From Candidatus Eiseniibacteriota bacterium (GTDB lineage: Bacteria > Eisenbacteria > RBG-16-71-46 > SZUA-252): DNA of 64,000 nucleotides. Every line of letters begins with the position of its first letter. Position 1 is the stretch's first letter. Shown in pieces: positions 1 to 10,840 of the stretch. Under the pieces are notes generated by a model. It did no database searches and had not been told where the DNA came from. It saw nothing but the letters and a program-made list of their open reading frames with translations. The stretch spans positions 32,001-96,000 of the forward strand of contig OY969801.1 in assembly GCA_963703225.1 (NCBI GenBank). The letters are read 5' to 3'. The translations under genes were made by a program, and so were the position numbers.

Positions 1-1300
1 CGACCACGACGCGCAGCTCGCGGTCGGTGGACATGAGATTCTCGATCTTCTGGCAGGCGTGCATGACCGTGGTGTGGTCGCGGCCGCCGAACTTGGCGCC
101 GATCTCCGCCAGCGAGAGATCGGTGATCGACCGCGTGACGTACATCCCGATTTGGCGCGGGAACGCGATGGTCTCCGTGCGGCGCTTTCCGCGGAGCGAC
201 TCCTCGCTCACGCTGAAATGGCGCGCCACGGCCCGCTGAATGTCGAGGATGTCGATCCGGGCCAGATCCGGCTTGATCTGCTCTCGCAAGACCTCCTGCG
301 CGAACTCCACCGTCAGCGGCTGGCCGGTGAGGTCGGAGAACGCGAGGAGGCGCAGGAGCGAGCCCTCGAGATCCCGGATGTTGGTCTTGATGTTGCTCGC
401 CAGAAGGAGCGCGATCTCGTTGGGAAGGATCCTGCCCTGAAACTCCGCCTTCTTCCTCACGATCGCCACGCGCGTTTCGAGGTCGGGGGCCTGAAGATCG
501 GCCACCACACCCCAGGTGAAGCGAGAGATCAAGCGCTCTTCCAGAGCCGTGATCGAGTTGGGCGGCCCGTCGCTCGTCAGGACGATCTGCTTGTGGGCGC
601 CGTGCAGGGTGTTGAACGTGTGGAAGAACTCCTCCTGGGTGCTCTCCTTGCCGGCGAGGAACTGGATGTCGTCGATCAGGAGCACGTCGGCCGTGCGGTA
701 GCGGCTCTTGAACTCGAGCGTGGTGGCGTGCTGGATCGAGTAGATCATCTCGTTCATGAAGCGCTCGGCTGTGACGAAGAAAACGCGCGCCGAGGGGCGC
801 GTCAGCCGCACCTGGTGACCGATCGCGTGCATCAGATGTGTCTTGCCCAGCCCCACGCCGCCGTAGATGAAGAGCGGGTTGTAGCGCTCGCCCGGGCTCT
901 GCGCCACCGCCTGGCAGACCGCGTGCGCGAACTGGTTCCCGCTCCCGACGATGAACGCTTCAAACGTGTTGCTCGGGGACAGATTGCTCTCGTCGCGCCG
1001 GGGCAGCGGGCCCTTGGGCCGCGGCTCCAGCGCGGGCGGCGCGTCGGGCCGCACATGAAACGCGATGCCCACCGATCGCTCGGCCACCGCGGCGACCGAG
1101 GTCTCGATCAGCGATCGGTAGTGCTGGTCCAGCCAGTCGACGTAGAACTGACTCGGCACCTCGAGCACGAGCGTGGAGCCGTCGAACTCAAGCGGGCCGA
1201 GCGAGCGAAACCACGCCTCGTACGTTTGGCTGGAGAGATTCGATTGGATCCTTTGGAGTGCCTGTTCCCACAGATCGCCCGCCACCATCGTTTCCATCAT
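1..1300 (-). CDS. dnaA: Chromosomal replication initiator DnaA (3' end runs off the window)
   Basis: Manual reverse translation: MMETMVAGDLWEQALQRIQSNLSSQTYEAWF..., YNPLFIYGGVGLGKTHLM (Walker A), LLIDDIQF, GGRDHTTVMHA (domain IV). Absent from the ORF track because there is no stop codon in the window. Confidence 0.97.
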   Translation of the reverse strand, partial: MMETMVAGDLWEQALQRIQSNLSSQTYEAWFRSLGPLEFDGSTLVLEVPSQFYVDWLDQHYRSLIETSVAAVAERSVGIAFHVRPDAPPALEPRPKGPLPRRDESNLSPSNTFEAFIVGSGNQFAHAVCQAVAQSPGERYNPLFIYGGVGLGKTHLMHAIGHQVRLTRPSARVFFVTAERFMNEMIYSIQHATTLEFKSRYRTADVLLIDDIQFLAGKESTQEEFFHTFNTLHGAHKQIVLTSDGPPNSITALEERLISRFTWGVVADLQAPDLETRVAIVRKKAEFQGRILPNEIALLLASNIKTNIRDLEGSLLRLLAFSDLTGQPLTVEFAQEVLREQIKPDLARIDILDIQRAVARHFSVSEESLRGKRRTETIAFPRQIGMYVTRSITDLSLAEIGAKFGGRDHTTVMHACQKIENLMSTDRELRVVV

Positions 1301-1336
1301 CGTGCCATCCCCATCAACGCACACCCATTTCACGCG

Positions 1337-1357
1337 TTATCCACATGATTATCCACA
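1337..1357 (+). promoter_or_regulatory. Two tandem perfect DnaA boxes
   Basis: TTATCCACA at 1337-1345 and 1349-1357, just upstream of dnaA. Confidence 0.92.
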
Positions 1358-1377
1358 ATTTCTCATGAAAACACCGA

Positions 1378-1412
1378 GGGCGTAACGGATTGGGTTTCGA
1401 TCCGTTACGCCC
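1378..1412. repeat. Inverted repeat with 13-bp arms next to the DnaA boxes
   Basis: GGGCGTAACGGAT-N9-ATCCGTTACGCCC; contains TAA-N19-TTA at 1383-1407. Confidence 0.8.
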
Positions 1413-1650
1413 CCAAACGAATGGACCCGTCCTGGCGTAGCTCACAGCATTCGTAACCCGGGTGAAGGCCGCGCGCGCGCCGCGCGCATCAAGGGAGAGC
1501 GGTTCGAGGTTGGCCCGAGACGCGAAGCAGGTCGCGGCCGGGGCCAATCCGGGCCGGACCATACGTCCGCGCGTCGGAGGCGTGCAACGAAAATTTTACG
1601 GACACGAAATACGGGGAGTTTCGGGCCTCCACGACGCAGTTCGGGGCCGC

Positions 1651-1679
1651 TTGACCTGGACGCCTCTGACGGGTAGACT
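1651..1679 (+). promoter_or_regulatory. Sigma70-type promoter of the rpmH operon
   Basis: TTGACC-N17-TAGACT. Confidence 0.65.
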
Positions 1680-1730
1680 CCGTCGCTCGTCTCTTAACGA
1701 CGTATAACCCGTTCTTCGAGGCATCCCACA

Positions 1731-1865
1731 GTGAAGCGCACCTTTCAACCGCACAATCGCCGCCGGAAGAAGGTTCACGGATTCCGCGAGCGGATGAGCA
1801 CCCGGGGCGGCCGCGCGGTATTGAAGCGGCGCCGCGACCGCGGCCGCAAGCGCCTTACGGTCTAG
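1731..1865 (+). CDS. rpmH: 50S ribosomal protein L34
   Basis: GTG start; [44 protein letters not shown] (44 aa, below the ORF-track cutoff). Confidence 0.98.
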   Translation: MKRTFQPHNRRRKKVHGFRERMSTRGGRAVLKRRRDRGRKRLTV

Positions 1866-1890
1866 CGCGGCTGCCGCGGGCGCAAGTCCA

Positions 1891-2238
1891 ATGGCCGCCG
1901 CGGTCCCGCCGCGCGATCGCCGCCTCCACGCGGGGTGGCAATTCCGCGAAGTGTATCGACAGGGCAAACCGTTTCACGGCGATCTGATGACCCTGATCAG
2001 CCTGGGTCGGCCGGAGGAGCATGGCCGTGTGGGGTTCGTGGCCAGCCGAAAGGTCGGTCCCGCGGTGAAGAGAAATCGGGCGAAGCGGTTGCTGCGCGAA
2101 GCGTTCCGGGGAGTGCCGGCCAGCCGCAGGGATCTGCCCATCTGGCGGATCTGGATCGCGCGGTCCACCTGTCCGGGCGCGACCTTCACCCAGGTTTCGG
2201 ACGAGATGAGCCGTTTGCTGGCCCGGGAGCCTGGATGA
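1891..2238 (+). CDS. rnpA: Ribonuclease P protein component
   Basis: RVGFVASRKVGPAVKRNRAKRLLRE (RNR motif); position after rpmH. Confidence 0.95.
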   Translation: MAAAVPPRDRRLHAGWQFREVYRQGKPFHGDLMTLISLGRPEEHGRVGFVASRKVGPAVKRNRAKRLLREAFRGVPASRRDLPIWRIWIARSTCPGATFTQVSDEMSRLLAREPG

Positions 2239-2519
2239 CCGCCAATGCTGCCGCGCGCGCCCAGGGCCACACAGGGGCCGCGGCACGGATCGCACGCTCT
2301 GGCTTTGGGCTGGGGCCAATCCTGCGTCTACTCATCCGCGTCTATCGGGTCGCGATCTCGGGGTCCCTTCCGCGAGCCTGCCGTTTTGAGCCGAGCTGCT
2401 CGGCATACGCCGAGGAAGCACTCAGCCGCCGCGCCCTTCTCCCCGCGCTCTACCTGATCGTCCGGCGCGTTCTTCGCTGCCATCCGTTCCACCCGGGAGG
2501 ATACGACCCCGTCCCGTAG
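2235..2519 (+). CDS. yidD: Membrane protein insertion efficiency factor YidD
   Basis: CRFEPSCSAYA...LRCHPFHPGGYDPVP; ATG overlaps the rnpA stop. Confidence 0.95.
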   Translation: MTANAAARAQGHTGAAARIARSGFGLGPILRLLIRVYRVAISGSLPRACRFEPSCSAYAEEALSRRALLPALYLIVRRVLRCHPFHPGGYDPVP

Positions 2520-2536
2520 GGGCGGGGCTCGAGTCG

Positions 2537-4263
2537 ATGGATCGACGCACGCTCATAGCCATTCTCTTGATCATGGCGGTCCTGATCGGGGACCAGCTCT
2601 TCATGTCCTGGTGGGCGCGCCGCCACCGGCCCCCAACTCCCGTCACGACGGCCGATTCGACCGGGACAGCGGGGACGGGCAGCGGGACGGGCGGCGGTAC
2701 AGGCGCTGTGGCTACCACGCCGCAAAGCTCTCCCCCGCCGAACTCGGGCGGATCGAGCACCCCGGCCGCCGGCGCGCCGCACGGCGCCGCCCCGGGCGCT
2801 TCGGCGGCCATCATCGGCTCGGGGCCCAAGGTTCCCCACTCGCCCATCGTGGAGCGCGAGCTCAAGACCGACCTCTTCGACGCCACGTTTACCAGCCAGG
2901 GCGGGACCATCTCCAAGTGGGTCCTGCCGAAGTATCGCGACCTCGCGCACGGCAATGTGCCGGTCAACCTGGTGCCGGAGGGCCAGCGGACGCTCAGGCT
3001 TTGGGTCTCCACCCCCTACTTCAACTACGACTTCACCAACGTGCCGTTCCGCGTGGAGGCTGCGGCCGCGTTCGACTCCTCGGTGACGTTCGTGGCCGAG
3101 GATTCGAGCGGGATCCGCATCCAGCAAGACCTACCGCGTCGCGTCCAACGGCCAAGCGATCGACCTCGAGCTGAAGATCCTGGTGCCGCCCGAATTCGGC
3201 CCGATCCAGTTCCGCTACGGCTGGGGCAGCGCGCTTCCGGTCACCGAGACCGTGATGCACCCGCACGACATCCGCGCGGTCGCGCTGGTCGGCGACAAGC
3301 AGGAGGAGATCGACGCCGCGAGGATGCAGAAGGACGGGGCCAAGGCGCTGAAGGGAAACGTCCGGTGGGTGGCCAACAGAGGCAAGTATTTCGCCGCGGC
3401 GATCATCCCCGATTCGGCGTCGGTGGAGGACGTTCAATTCGCCGCCGCGGACGACGGGGGCGCGGCCGTTTTCATCGCGGGAGCAGCGCCGCCGGGCACC
3501 GAGATCGTACGGCAGGAGCCGCCTCTACGCCGGCCCGATCCACTACGACACGCTGATCGCTCAGGGGGCGGAGCTCGACCGGCTGGCCAACCTCGGCTGG
3601 CGCTGGGTGACCGGGCTGAGCGCGTTTCTCCTCTCGTGCCTCAACTTCATCCACCGACACATCCCCAACTACGGCATCGCGATCATCCTGATCTCCGCGG
3701 CGACGAAGCTCGTCTTCTACCCGCTCACGCAGACCAGCCTTCGGTCGATGAAGCTGATGCACCATCTCCAGCCGGAGGTGAAGGCGATCCAGGATCGCCA
3801 CAAGAACGACCCGGCCAAGATGAACACGGCCATGATGGCGCTCTACAAAGCGAACAAGGTGAACCCGCTGAGCGGGTGCCTGCCGACACTCTTGCAGGTA
3901 CCGGTGTTCATCGCGCTCTACAACGTGCTCTTGAACTCGATCGAGCTGCGCGGGGCGGGCTTTCTAGGGTACGTGCAGAACCTGGCGGCCCCGGACGTGC
4001 TCATGAAGATTGGGGGGTTCCCGATCCACCTCTTCCCGGTCCTTATGACCGGGAGCACCTATCTGATGCAGTCCCAGACCCCGGTGGCGCCCCAGCAGAA
4101 ACAGATGATGATGCTGATGCCGGTCATGATGCTCGTCTTCATGTATAGTTTCCCGTCTGGGGTCGTGCTTTACTGGATCGTGAACAACGTCCTCTCCGCG
4201 CTCCAGCAGTACATGGTCAACGCCGCGGAGGACCGCAAGATGGCAGCGGGTGGCCCGACATGA
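2537..4263 (+). CDS. yidC: Membrane protein insertase YidC (two apparent frameshifts, near 3125 and 3515)
   Basis: N-terminal TM and periplasmic domain in ORFs 2537 and 3183; C-terminal NYGIAII...GCLPTLLQVPVFIALY...LYWIVNN in ORF 3607. Confidence 0.93.
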
Positions 4264-5102
4264 ATCCACCGAACCCTCAATTCGATCCTACCGCCGAGCC
4301 TTTCGTCGACGCCGAGGCCGCCAGCTTCGGCGAGGCGGTCCAGGACGCCGCCGACCAGCTGGGCCTCGAGACCGCCGATCTCGCGATCGAGATTTTGGAT
4401 CCGGGCCGCTCCGCCGATTCGGGCGCGGGCTACCGTCCGGTGAAGATCCGGGCGCGACGCCGTCCTCCCGACGCGGCCCCCGACGCGATCCGTCCGGGTC
4501 GTCCGGCGGATGCTGGGCGGTATGAGCGCAGCGATTCGAGGTCGGGAGGCGCCCGGCGCGAGCCGCGCCGTCACATGGAGGCGGCGAACTATGGCCCGCC
4601 GCCGCCGCCGATGGACCCCGCCAAGATCACGCCCGAGATCGTCGCCATGGTTCGGGACCTCGCCACCGGAATGCTCGAGCAGATGCAGTTCCCCGGCGGC
4701 GTCGACGCGACCAAGACCTCGCACGGCATCCGGATCGCGATCGACGCCGGCGAGCGCGACCAGTACCTGATCGGCAAGGATGGCGAGACGCTCTCGGCGT
4801 TTCAGCATCTGCTGGGGCGGATGATCCGCGCCAAGATGCCGCAGGAATCGCCCCCGCGCGTGGAGGTCGACGTGGCCGGCTTCCGCGACCGCCAGATCGA
4901 GAATTTGAGGCAGATGGCGCGGGAGCTGATGGAACAGGCGCGTGAGTCGGGCGAGGAGATGTCGACCGATCCGCTGCCCGCCTCGGAGCGCCGGATCGTC
5001 CATCTCGAGGTGGCCGAGTCGAAGGGGATGGAGACGGTCACGATCGGCGACGGATACTTCAAGCGGGTGGTGATCCGCCGCGCGACGCCCAAGCCCGAAT
5101 GA
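4260..5102 (+). CDS. jag: Jag/KhpB (EloR) RNA-binding protein with KH and R3H domains
   Basis: LIGKDGETLSAFQ (KH), ERRIVH (R3H); position after yidC. Confidence 0.92.
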   Translation: MNPPNPQFDPTAEPFVDAEAASFGEAVQDAADQLGLETADLAIEILDPGRSADSGAGYRPVKIRARRRPPDAAPDAIRPGRPADAGRYERSDSRSGGARREPRRHMEAANYGPPPPPMDPAKITPEIVAMVRDLATGMLEQMQFPGGVDATKTSHGIRIAIDAGERDQYLIGKDGETLSAFQHLLGRMIRAKMPQESPPRVEVDVAGFRDRQIENLRQMARELMEQARESGEEMSTDPLPASERRIVHLEVAESKGMETVTIGDGYFKRVVIRRATPKPE

Positions 5103-5145
5103 GGGTTCGCTGATGAGGGCGCGCCAGAGATGAGGGCCGGCGAAG

Positions 5146-6573
5146 GTGGCAAACGATACGATCGTCGCGCTCGCGACGGCTCCGGGCGAGTCGGCGGTCT
5201 CGATCACGCGGTTGAGCGGCCCCGACGCGCTCGCGATCGCGGCTTCACGGTTTCGCGGCCGGCTCTCGCCGGTCGATAGCACTTCCCACCGCATTCTCTT
5301 CGGCAGTTTCCTCGCGGGCGACGGCTCGGTGGTGGACACCGTGTTGCTGTCGGTGTTCCGCGCCCCCCGCTCCTACACCGGTGAGGACGTCGTCGAGATT
5401 TCCTCGCACGGCGGGACCGCGATTCCCCACGCCGTGCTCGAGTCGTTGATGGAGGCAGGCGCGCGTCCCGCCCGCCCCGGCGAGTTCACCGAGCGCGCGT
5501 TTCGAAATGGGAAGCTCGACCTGGCCCAGGCCGAGTCGGTCGCGGCATTGGTTCGGGCCCGGTCGGAGCGGGCGCTGCGCGCCGCGCGGGAAGCGCTCGG
5601 GGGCTCGCTGTCGCGGCGGATCGCGGGGCTGGATGCGGAGCTGGTACCGCTCTTGGCGGAGGTCGAGGCCCGGATCGATTTCCCGGGCGACGTGGGTGAC
5701 GCTGTGGACGGCGCCGAATTGGCGCGTCGGTGCGGCTCGGTCGCGACGACGCTGCGCGTGTGGATCGACCGGCTCCCCGGGACGCGGCGGCTGCAGGAAG
5801 GTGTGCGCGCGGCGCTGGTGGGACGCGCGAACGTCGGGAAGTCGAGCTTGTTGAACGCGCTCGTCGGCTACGACCGGGCGATCGTGAACGCCGCGCCCGG
5901 GACGACCCGCGACACGGTGGAAGAATCGATCTGGATCGAGGGCGTCGAGCTTCGGATCGCGGATACCGCGGGAGTGCGCGGTGGCGGGGGTGGGAACGGC
6001 ACGGCGGGAGTGCGCGGTGCCAACGGCGGCCTCGAATTCGTCGAGGGCCTCGGCGTCGAGCGAGCCGAGCGCGCCGCCCGGGGATGCGACCTCGCCGTGC
6101 TCGTGCTCGACCGATCGGGCGGCGTCGGCGAAGCCGATTTGGAGGCCGCTTCGTGGATCGACGATCGGCCGGTCGTCGTGGCGTGGAACAAGGCGGACTT
6201 GGGATTGGGCACGATGCCGCGCCCGCGAGCGCCGGTCCGCGATGGCGGCGTGCTGGCGGAGGTGGAGACCGTCGCGGTGCGCCCGGGTGGCGCCGATTCC
6301 TTGCTCGATGCCCTGCGGCGTTCGCTGCCCCAGGTGCTAGGAGACCACGTCGGCGATGAGATCGCCACGACGAGCGCGCGGCAGGCTGCACTGCTGGTGG
6401 AAGCGCTGGGCGCTGTGGAGCGCGCGCAGGCCGGCCTCGAAGAGGACCGATCCTACGATTTGATCGCCGTCGATCTGGCCGACGCCCGCCGAGCCCTCGG
6501 TGAGATCGTCGGCCGCGGGGTCGACGACGAGGTCACCGCCGCGGTCTTCTCCCGATTTTGCATCGGCAAGTGA
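5146..6573 (+). CDS. mnmE: tRNA modification GTPase MnmE
   Basis: [31 protein letters not shown]-terminal FCIGK. Confidence 0.97.
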   Translation: MANDTIVALATAPGESAVSITRLSGPDALAIAASRFRGRLSPVDSTSHRILFGSFLAGDGSVVDTVLLSVFRAPRSYTGEDVVEISSHGGTAIPHAVLESLMEAGARPARPGEFTERAFRNGKLDLAQAESVAALVRARSERALRAAREALGGSLSRRIAGLDAELVPLLAEVEARIDFPGDVGDAVDGAELARRCGSVATTLRVWIDRLPGTRRLQEGVRAALVGRANVGKSSLLNALVGYDRAIVNAAPGTTRDTVEESIWIEGVELRIADTAGVRGGGGGNGTAGVRGANGGLEFVEGLGVERAERAARGCDLAVLVLDRSGGVGEADLEAASWIDDRPVVVAWNKADLGLGTMPRPRAPVRDGGVLAEVETVAVRPGGADSLLDALRRSLPQVLGDHVGDEIATTSARQAALLVEALGAVERAQAGLEEDRSYDLIAVDLADARRALGEIVGRGVDDEVTAAVFSRFCIGK

Positions 6574-8396
6574 ACAACCACTTCCCTCTTCTTGTAATCG
6601 GAGCCGGCCACGCCGGCTGCGAGGCCGCGTGCGTCGCGGCCAAGATGGGGATCGAGGTCGGGATCATCACGATGAGCCTCGACTCGATCGCCCACATGGC
6701 CTGCAATCCCGCCATCGGCGGGCTCGCCAAGGGCCACCTGGTGCGAGAGATCGATGCACTCGGCGGAATCATGGGGCGGATGGCCGACCGAGCCGGAATC
6801 CAGTTCAAGATGCTCAACCGAGCGCGGGGCCCCGCGGTCTGGTCGCCCCGCGCCCAGGAAGACAAGGCTGTCTACCGCGCGATCGTGCGCGAGTATCTGG
6901 CGGGAGCCGAGCGACTGAGCGTGATCGAGGGCCAGGTCGTCGGCATTCGGACCGAGGGTGTGCGGGCATGCGGCGTCTCGCTCGCGGACGGCCGGGAGAT
7001 CGCGGCCGAGGCGGTCATTGTTACCCCCGGCACCTTCATGAACGGGCTTCTCCACGTCGGCGACGCGACGTATAGCGGCGGGCGCGTCGGCGAGAAGGCG
7101 GCTCGAGGGATCTCCGACTGCCTGGCCGAGCTGGGATTTCGTCTGGTGCGGCTCAAGACCGGCACGCCGCCGCGAATTCACCGCGACTCGATCGACTTTT
7201 CGCGGATGTCGCCTCAGCGGGGCGACGAGCGTCCCCGCCCCTTTTCACACTTCACCGACTCGCTCGAGCTGGATCAGGTTCCCTGCCACCTCACGACCAC
7301 GACCGATGCCACCCATGAGCTGATCCGCGCGAATCTTCATCGCTCCCCGCTCTACACGGGGCGTATTCGTGGGATCGGCCCCCGCTACTGTCCCTCGATC
7401 GAGGACAAGGTGGTCCGCTTCGCCGACAAGCCCGCGCACCAGATCTTCATCGAGCCTGAGGGGCGGGAGACCCATGAGTTCTACGTGAACGGGCTTTCGA
7501 CAAGTCTGCCCGAGGAAGTGCAGCGCGAGCTGCTGCGCACGCTCCCGGGATTGGAAGAGGTCGAGATGATCCGGCCGGGCTACGCCGTAGAGTACGACTT
7601 CATCCCCCCGACCCAGATCCACGCGACGTTGGAGACGCGCGCGGTGCGTGGTCTCTACCTCGCGGGACAGATCAACGGGACTTCAGGGTATGAGGAAGCC
7701 GCGGCGCAGGGGCTCATGGCCGGCATCAACGCGGCGATGGCGTTGGCGGGACGCGCGCCCGTGGTTCTCGGGAGGAGCGAGGCCTATATCGGGGTCCTGA
7801 TTGACGATCTAGTGACCAAGGGGACCGAGGAGCCCTACCGCATGTTTACGTCGAGCGCTGAGTATCGGCTTCTCCTGCGCCAAGATAACGTCGCGGATCG
7901 GCTGGCTTCGCGCGCCCGCGAGGTGGGTGCGTTGTCCGAGGACGAGCTCAAGAGACTCGAGTCGGCGGTGGCGAATCGGCGGGACGCCATCCAATGGGTC
8001 CGCACCTCTGGCGCGGCGCCGGCAGTGCGCGACGGATCCATTACGACGACCGACCTGATCGCTCGCGGCGGCCTTGCTCGCTTTGGCGAGGAAGCGATAG
8101 AGTCAGCTGCGATCGAGATTCGATACGAGGGGTACATCCAAAGGCAGGAGCGGGAGGTTGCCCGCGCAAGCAGGGGCGAGCGCCTCGATATCCCCGAATC
8201 ACTCTATCTCGAGCCGCTCCGGGGGCTTTCCAGTGAAGCACGCGAAAAGATCCAGCGCCTCAAGCCGCGCACCGTGGCCCAGGCCGGCCGTATTCCCGGC
8301 ATCTCGCCCGCCGACGTCTCGGTGCTCCTAGTCTATGCCGAGCGGGAGCGCCGCCGCCAGGAGCGGGCCGTCATTACCACGGGATCTCCAGGCTGA
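6570..8396 (+). CDS. mnmG: tRNA modification enzyme MnmG/GidA
   Basis: [58 protein letters not shown]. Confidence 0.98.
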   Translation: MNNHFPLLVIGAGHAGCEAACVAAKMGIEVGIITMSLDSIAHMACNPAIGGLAKGHLVREIDALGGIMGRMADRAGIQFKMLNRARGPAVWSPRAQEDKAVYRAIVREYLAGAERLSVIEGQVVGIRTEGVRACGVSLADGREIAAEAVIVTPGTFMNGLLHVGDATYSGGRVGEKAARGISDCLAELGFRLVRLKTGTPPRIHRDSIDFSRMSPQRGDERPRPFSHFTDSLELDQVPCHLTTTTDATHELIRANLHRSPLYTGRIRGIGPRYCPSIEDKVVRFADKPAHQIFIEPEGRETHEFYVNGLSTSLPEEVQRELLRTLPGLEEVEMIRPGYAVEYDFIPPTQIHATLETRAVRGLYLAGQINGTSGYEEAAAQGLMAGINAAMALAGRAPVVLGRSEAYIGVLIDDLVTKGTEEPYRMFTSSAEYRLLLRQDNVADRLASRAREVGALSEDELKRLESAVANRRDAIQWVRTSGAAPAVRDGSITTTDLIARGGLARFGEEAIESAAIEIRYEGYIQRQEREVARASRGERLDIPESLYLEPLRGLSSEAREKIQRLKPRTVAQAGRIPGISPADVSVLLVYAERERRRQERAVITTGSPG

Positions 8397-9063
8397 TCAC
8401 CTCGAGTTCGCTCGCATCATTGCGCCCTGGCTCGAGCGGCTCCCTCTTGGAATTCAGGCTCTCCAACTACTGACGCAGTTCGGCCTCCTGGTCCACGAGC
8501 AGGCCGATCGCCTTTCGGTGATCGCCAAGGGCGATCGCAAGACCCTCTTCACGCGGCACGTCCTCGACTCCTTGAATCCCATCTCGCTCTTCTCGACCCC
8601 GCCGGGGTCTGCGCTCGATGTAGGGAGCGGCGCCGGATTCCCGGGGATCCCGCTGGCGATCATCTGGCCCGCGACCCACGTGGTGCTCGTCGAGTCGCGC
8701 GAGAAGAAGGCCGGGTTTTTGGAACGAGCTGTCCGCGATCTGGGGCTCAAGAACGTCGAGGTCGTTTGCACGCGGATCGAGGATGCCGCTTCCGCGCGAG
8801 TGGGAGATTCCGAGACTGCCCCCATCGAGTCGGTCTTCATCCGGGCCCTCGGCAGCCTCCCGAGCCACCTCGCAGCAGTCGAGCCTCTCGCCGCCGGCGG
8901 TGCGCGCTGGGTCTACTTCCTGGGGGCTGGATCGGACGCCGGGAGCATTACCAGCGCGCTGGGTCCGCTCGGAGCCGGTGCCCAAGTTGAAGCGGGCGCC
9001 TTCGGTGGTCGGCTGCTCCACGGGGCCCTCGGCGCCAATGTTCCACGTGGAACATTTTCATAA
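8335..9063 (+). CDS. rsmG: 16S rRNA m7G527 methyltransferase RsmG/GidB (start uncertain)
   Basis: [33 protein letters not shown]. Confidence 0.93.
   Translation: MPSGSAAARSGPSLPRDLQADHLEFARIIAPWLERLPLGIQALQLLTQFGLLVHEQADRLSVIAKGDRKTLFTRHVLDSLNPISLFSTPPGSALDVGSGAGFPGIPLAIIWPATHVVLVESREKKAGFLERAVRDLGLKNVEVVCTRIEDAASARVGDSETAPIESVFIRALGSLPSHLAAVEPLAAGGARWVYFLGAGSDAGSITSALGPLGAGAQVEAGAFGGRLLHGALGANVPRGTFS
9039..9054. promoter_or_regulatory. parS site 1, inside the rsmG 3' end
   Basis: Perfect palindrome TGTTCCACGTGGAACA. Confidence 0.95.
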
Positions 9064-9283
9064 CACAAAGTAAATGCGTGCGTTATCCAGAGCCGTTCGT
9101 TGAAGGGGTCCCTTTCCCAGCCTGTTCCGCGCTCTCCGGCGGCTCCGGGTCGGGGTGAACCCGCGGGGGATCACCTCCTGCATGGCCCCTTTTGAAATTG
9201 GCGTGCACCCGCCCCTGCCCTGGCCCACGCTTGGGTGCAGGGGACAAACCGAAACTTCCTCGGGCAGCTCAACTGGGGAACTC

Positions 9284-9703
9284 ATGAACAAGGTTCCGGT
9301 GATCATGCTCGGCGCGTGGGCTGTGTTCGCCTCCTCCTGGCTTCTTCCGACCTTCTTCTACCTAGGTTCTACGATTAGGGGCTGGGAGGCGTTTCTCGCG
9401 GCGCTGCATCCGGAGATGAGGCTCCACAACGTAGTGGCAAACGTTTCAGCGCTTACCAACGGCCTCATGCTTCTCTCAATAGCCATCTTTCTCAGACCAC
9501 GTTCAAGCCAGCGGGCACCGGGGTGGCTGGCTTGGGGCTTCGTGGTCGCCACGGCAATTGACCTGTCCTGGGCCTATTGGAGGGACGGCTACTCAATAGG
9601 TGCCCTACTCGTGGGCTATTGGTTGTGGGTCGCCTCATTCGGCCTGGGCGCAGTCGCACTGTTCAGAATGCGCTCGCGCCAAGCGTCGGCGGCATCGGTC
9701 TAG
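9284..9703 (+). CDS. Hypothetical multi-pass membrane protein between parS sites
   Basis: ATG 9284 after GGGGAA; about four hydrophobic segments; visibly lower GC than the flanks. Confidence 0.65.
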   Translation: MNKVPVIMLGAWAVFASSWLLPTFFYLGSTIRGWEAFLAALHPEMRLHNVVANVSALTNGLMLLSIAIFLRPRSSQRAPGWLAWGFVVATAIDLSWAYWRDGYSIGALLVGYWLWVASFGLGAVALFRMRSRQASAASV

Positions 9704-9762
9704 CGCGCCACGGTCGATCGCACTCTTCATCGGGGCGAGTCCGCCCCGCGACCCTCGAGCCA

Positions 9763-9778
9763 TGTTCCACGTGGAACA
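9763..9778. promoter_or_regulatory. parS site 2
   Basis: Perfect palindrome TGTTCCACGTGGAACA. Confidence 0.95.
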
Positions 9779-9968
9779 TTACTTCAAGCGTATGTAAATA
9801 CGTGTCTTAGTGGTATGTACGTGCCGAACGGCACGGCTTGGTCAGTCGGATTTTGCCACCGCATCGCCGTCTCGGGCCTCCCTCCGACGGCCCGTTCCAC
9901 GCCCCCAATTTCTGCACGCTTCGCACAAATCAGCTTCAAACAGACGTATTTACAAATACATACAAAAA

Positions 9969-9984
9969 TGTTCCACGTGGAACA
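9969..9984. promoter_or_regulatory. parS site 3, immediately upstream of the parA promoter
   Basis: Perfect palindrome TGTTCCACGTGGAACA. Confidence 0.95.
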
Positions 9985-9994
9985 TTCTTGTAGT

Positions 9995-10024
9995 TGGACT
10001 TCGCAGAGGTTCATTCCGTAGACT
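9995..10024 (+). promoter_or_regulatory. Putative parAB promoter
   Basis: TGGACT-N18-TAGACT; same -10 hexamer as the rpmH promoter. Confidence 0.5.
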
Positions 10025-10078
10025 GCCACTCCCCGACAGGGACGAAACCGGCGGATGCCGGAACACTCGGGGGCTCAA

Positions 10079-10832
<754 letters not shown>

Positions 10833-10840
<8 letters not shown>

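Noticed and set aside
59..1348. 429-aa plus-strand ORF
   Set aside because: Antisense shadow of dnaA
9083..9091. TTATCCAGA as a DnaA box
   Set aside because: One mismatch, isolated, and explained by overlap with the parS-linked motif
10040..10062. GACGAAAC resembling a hammerhead ribozyme core
   Set aside because: No CTGANGA partner or matching helices nearby
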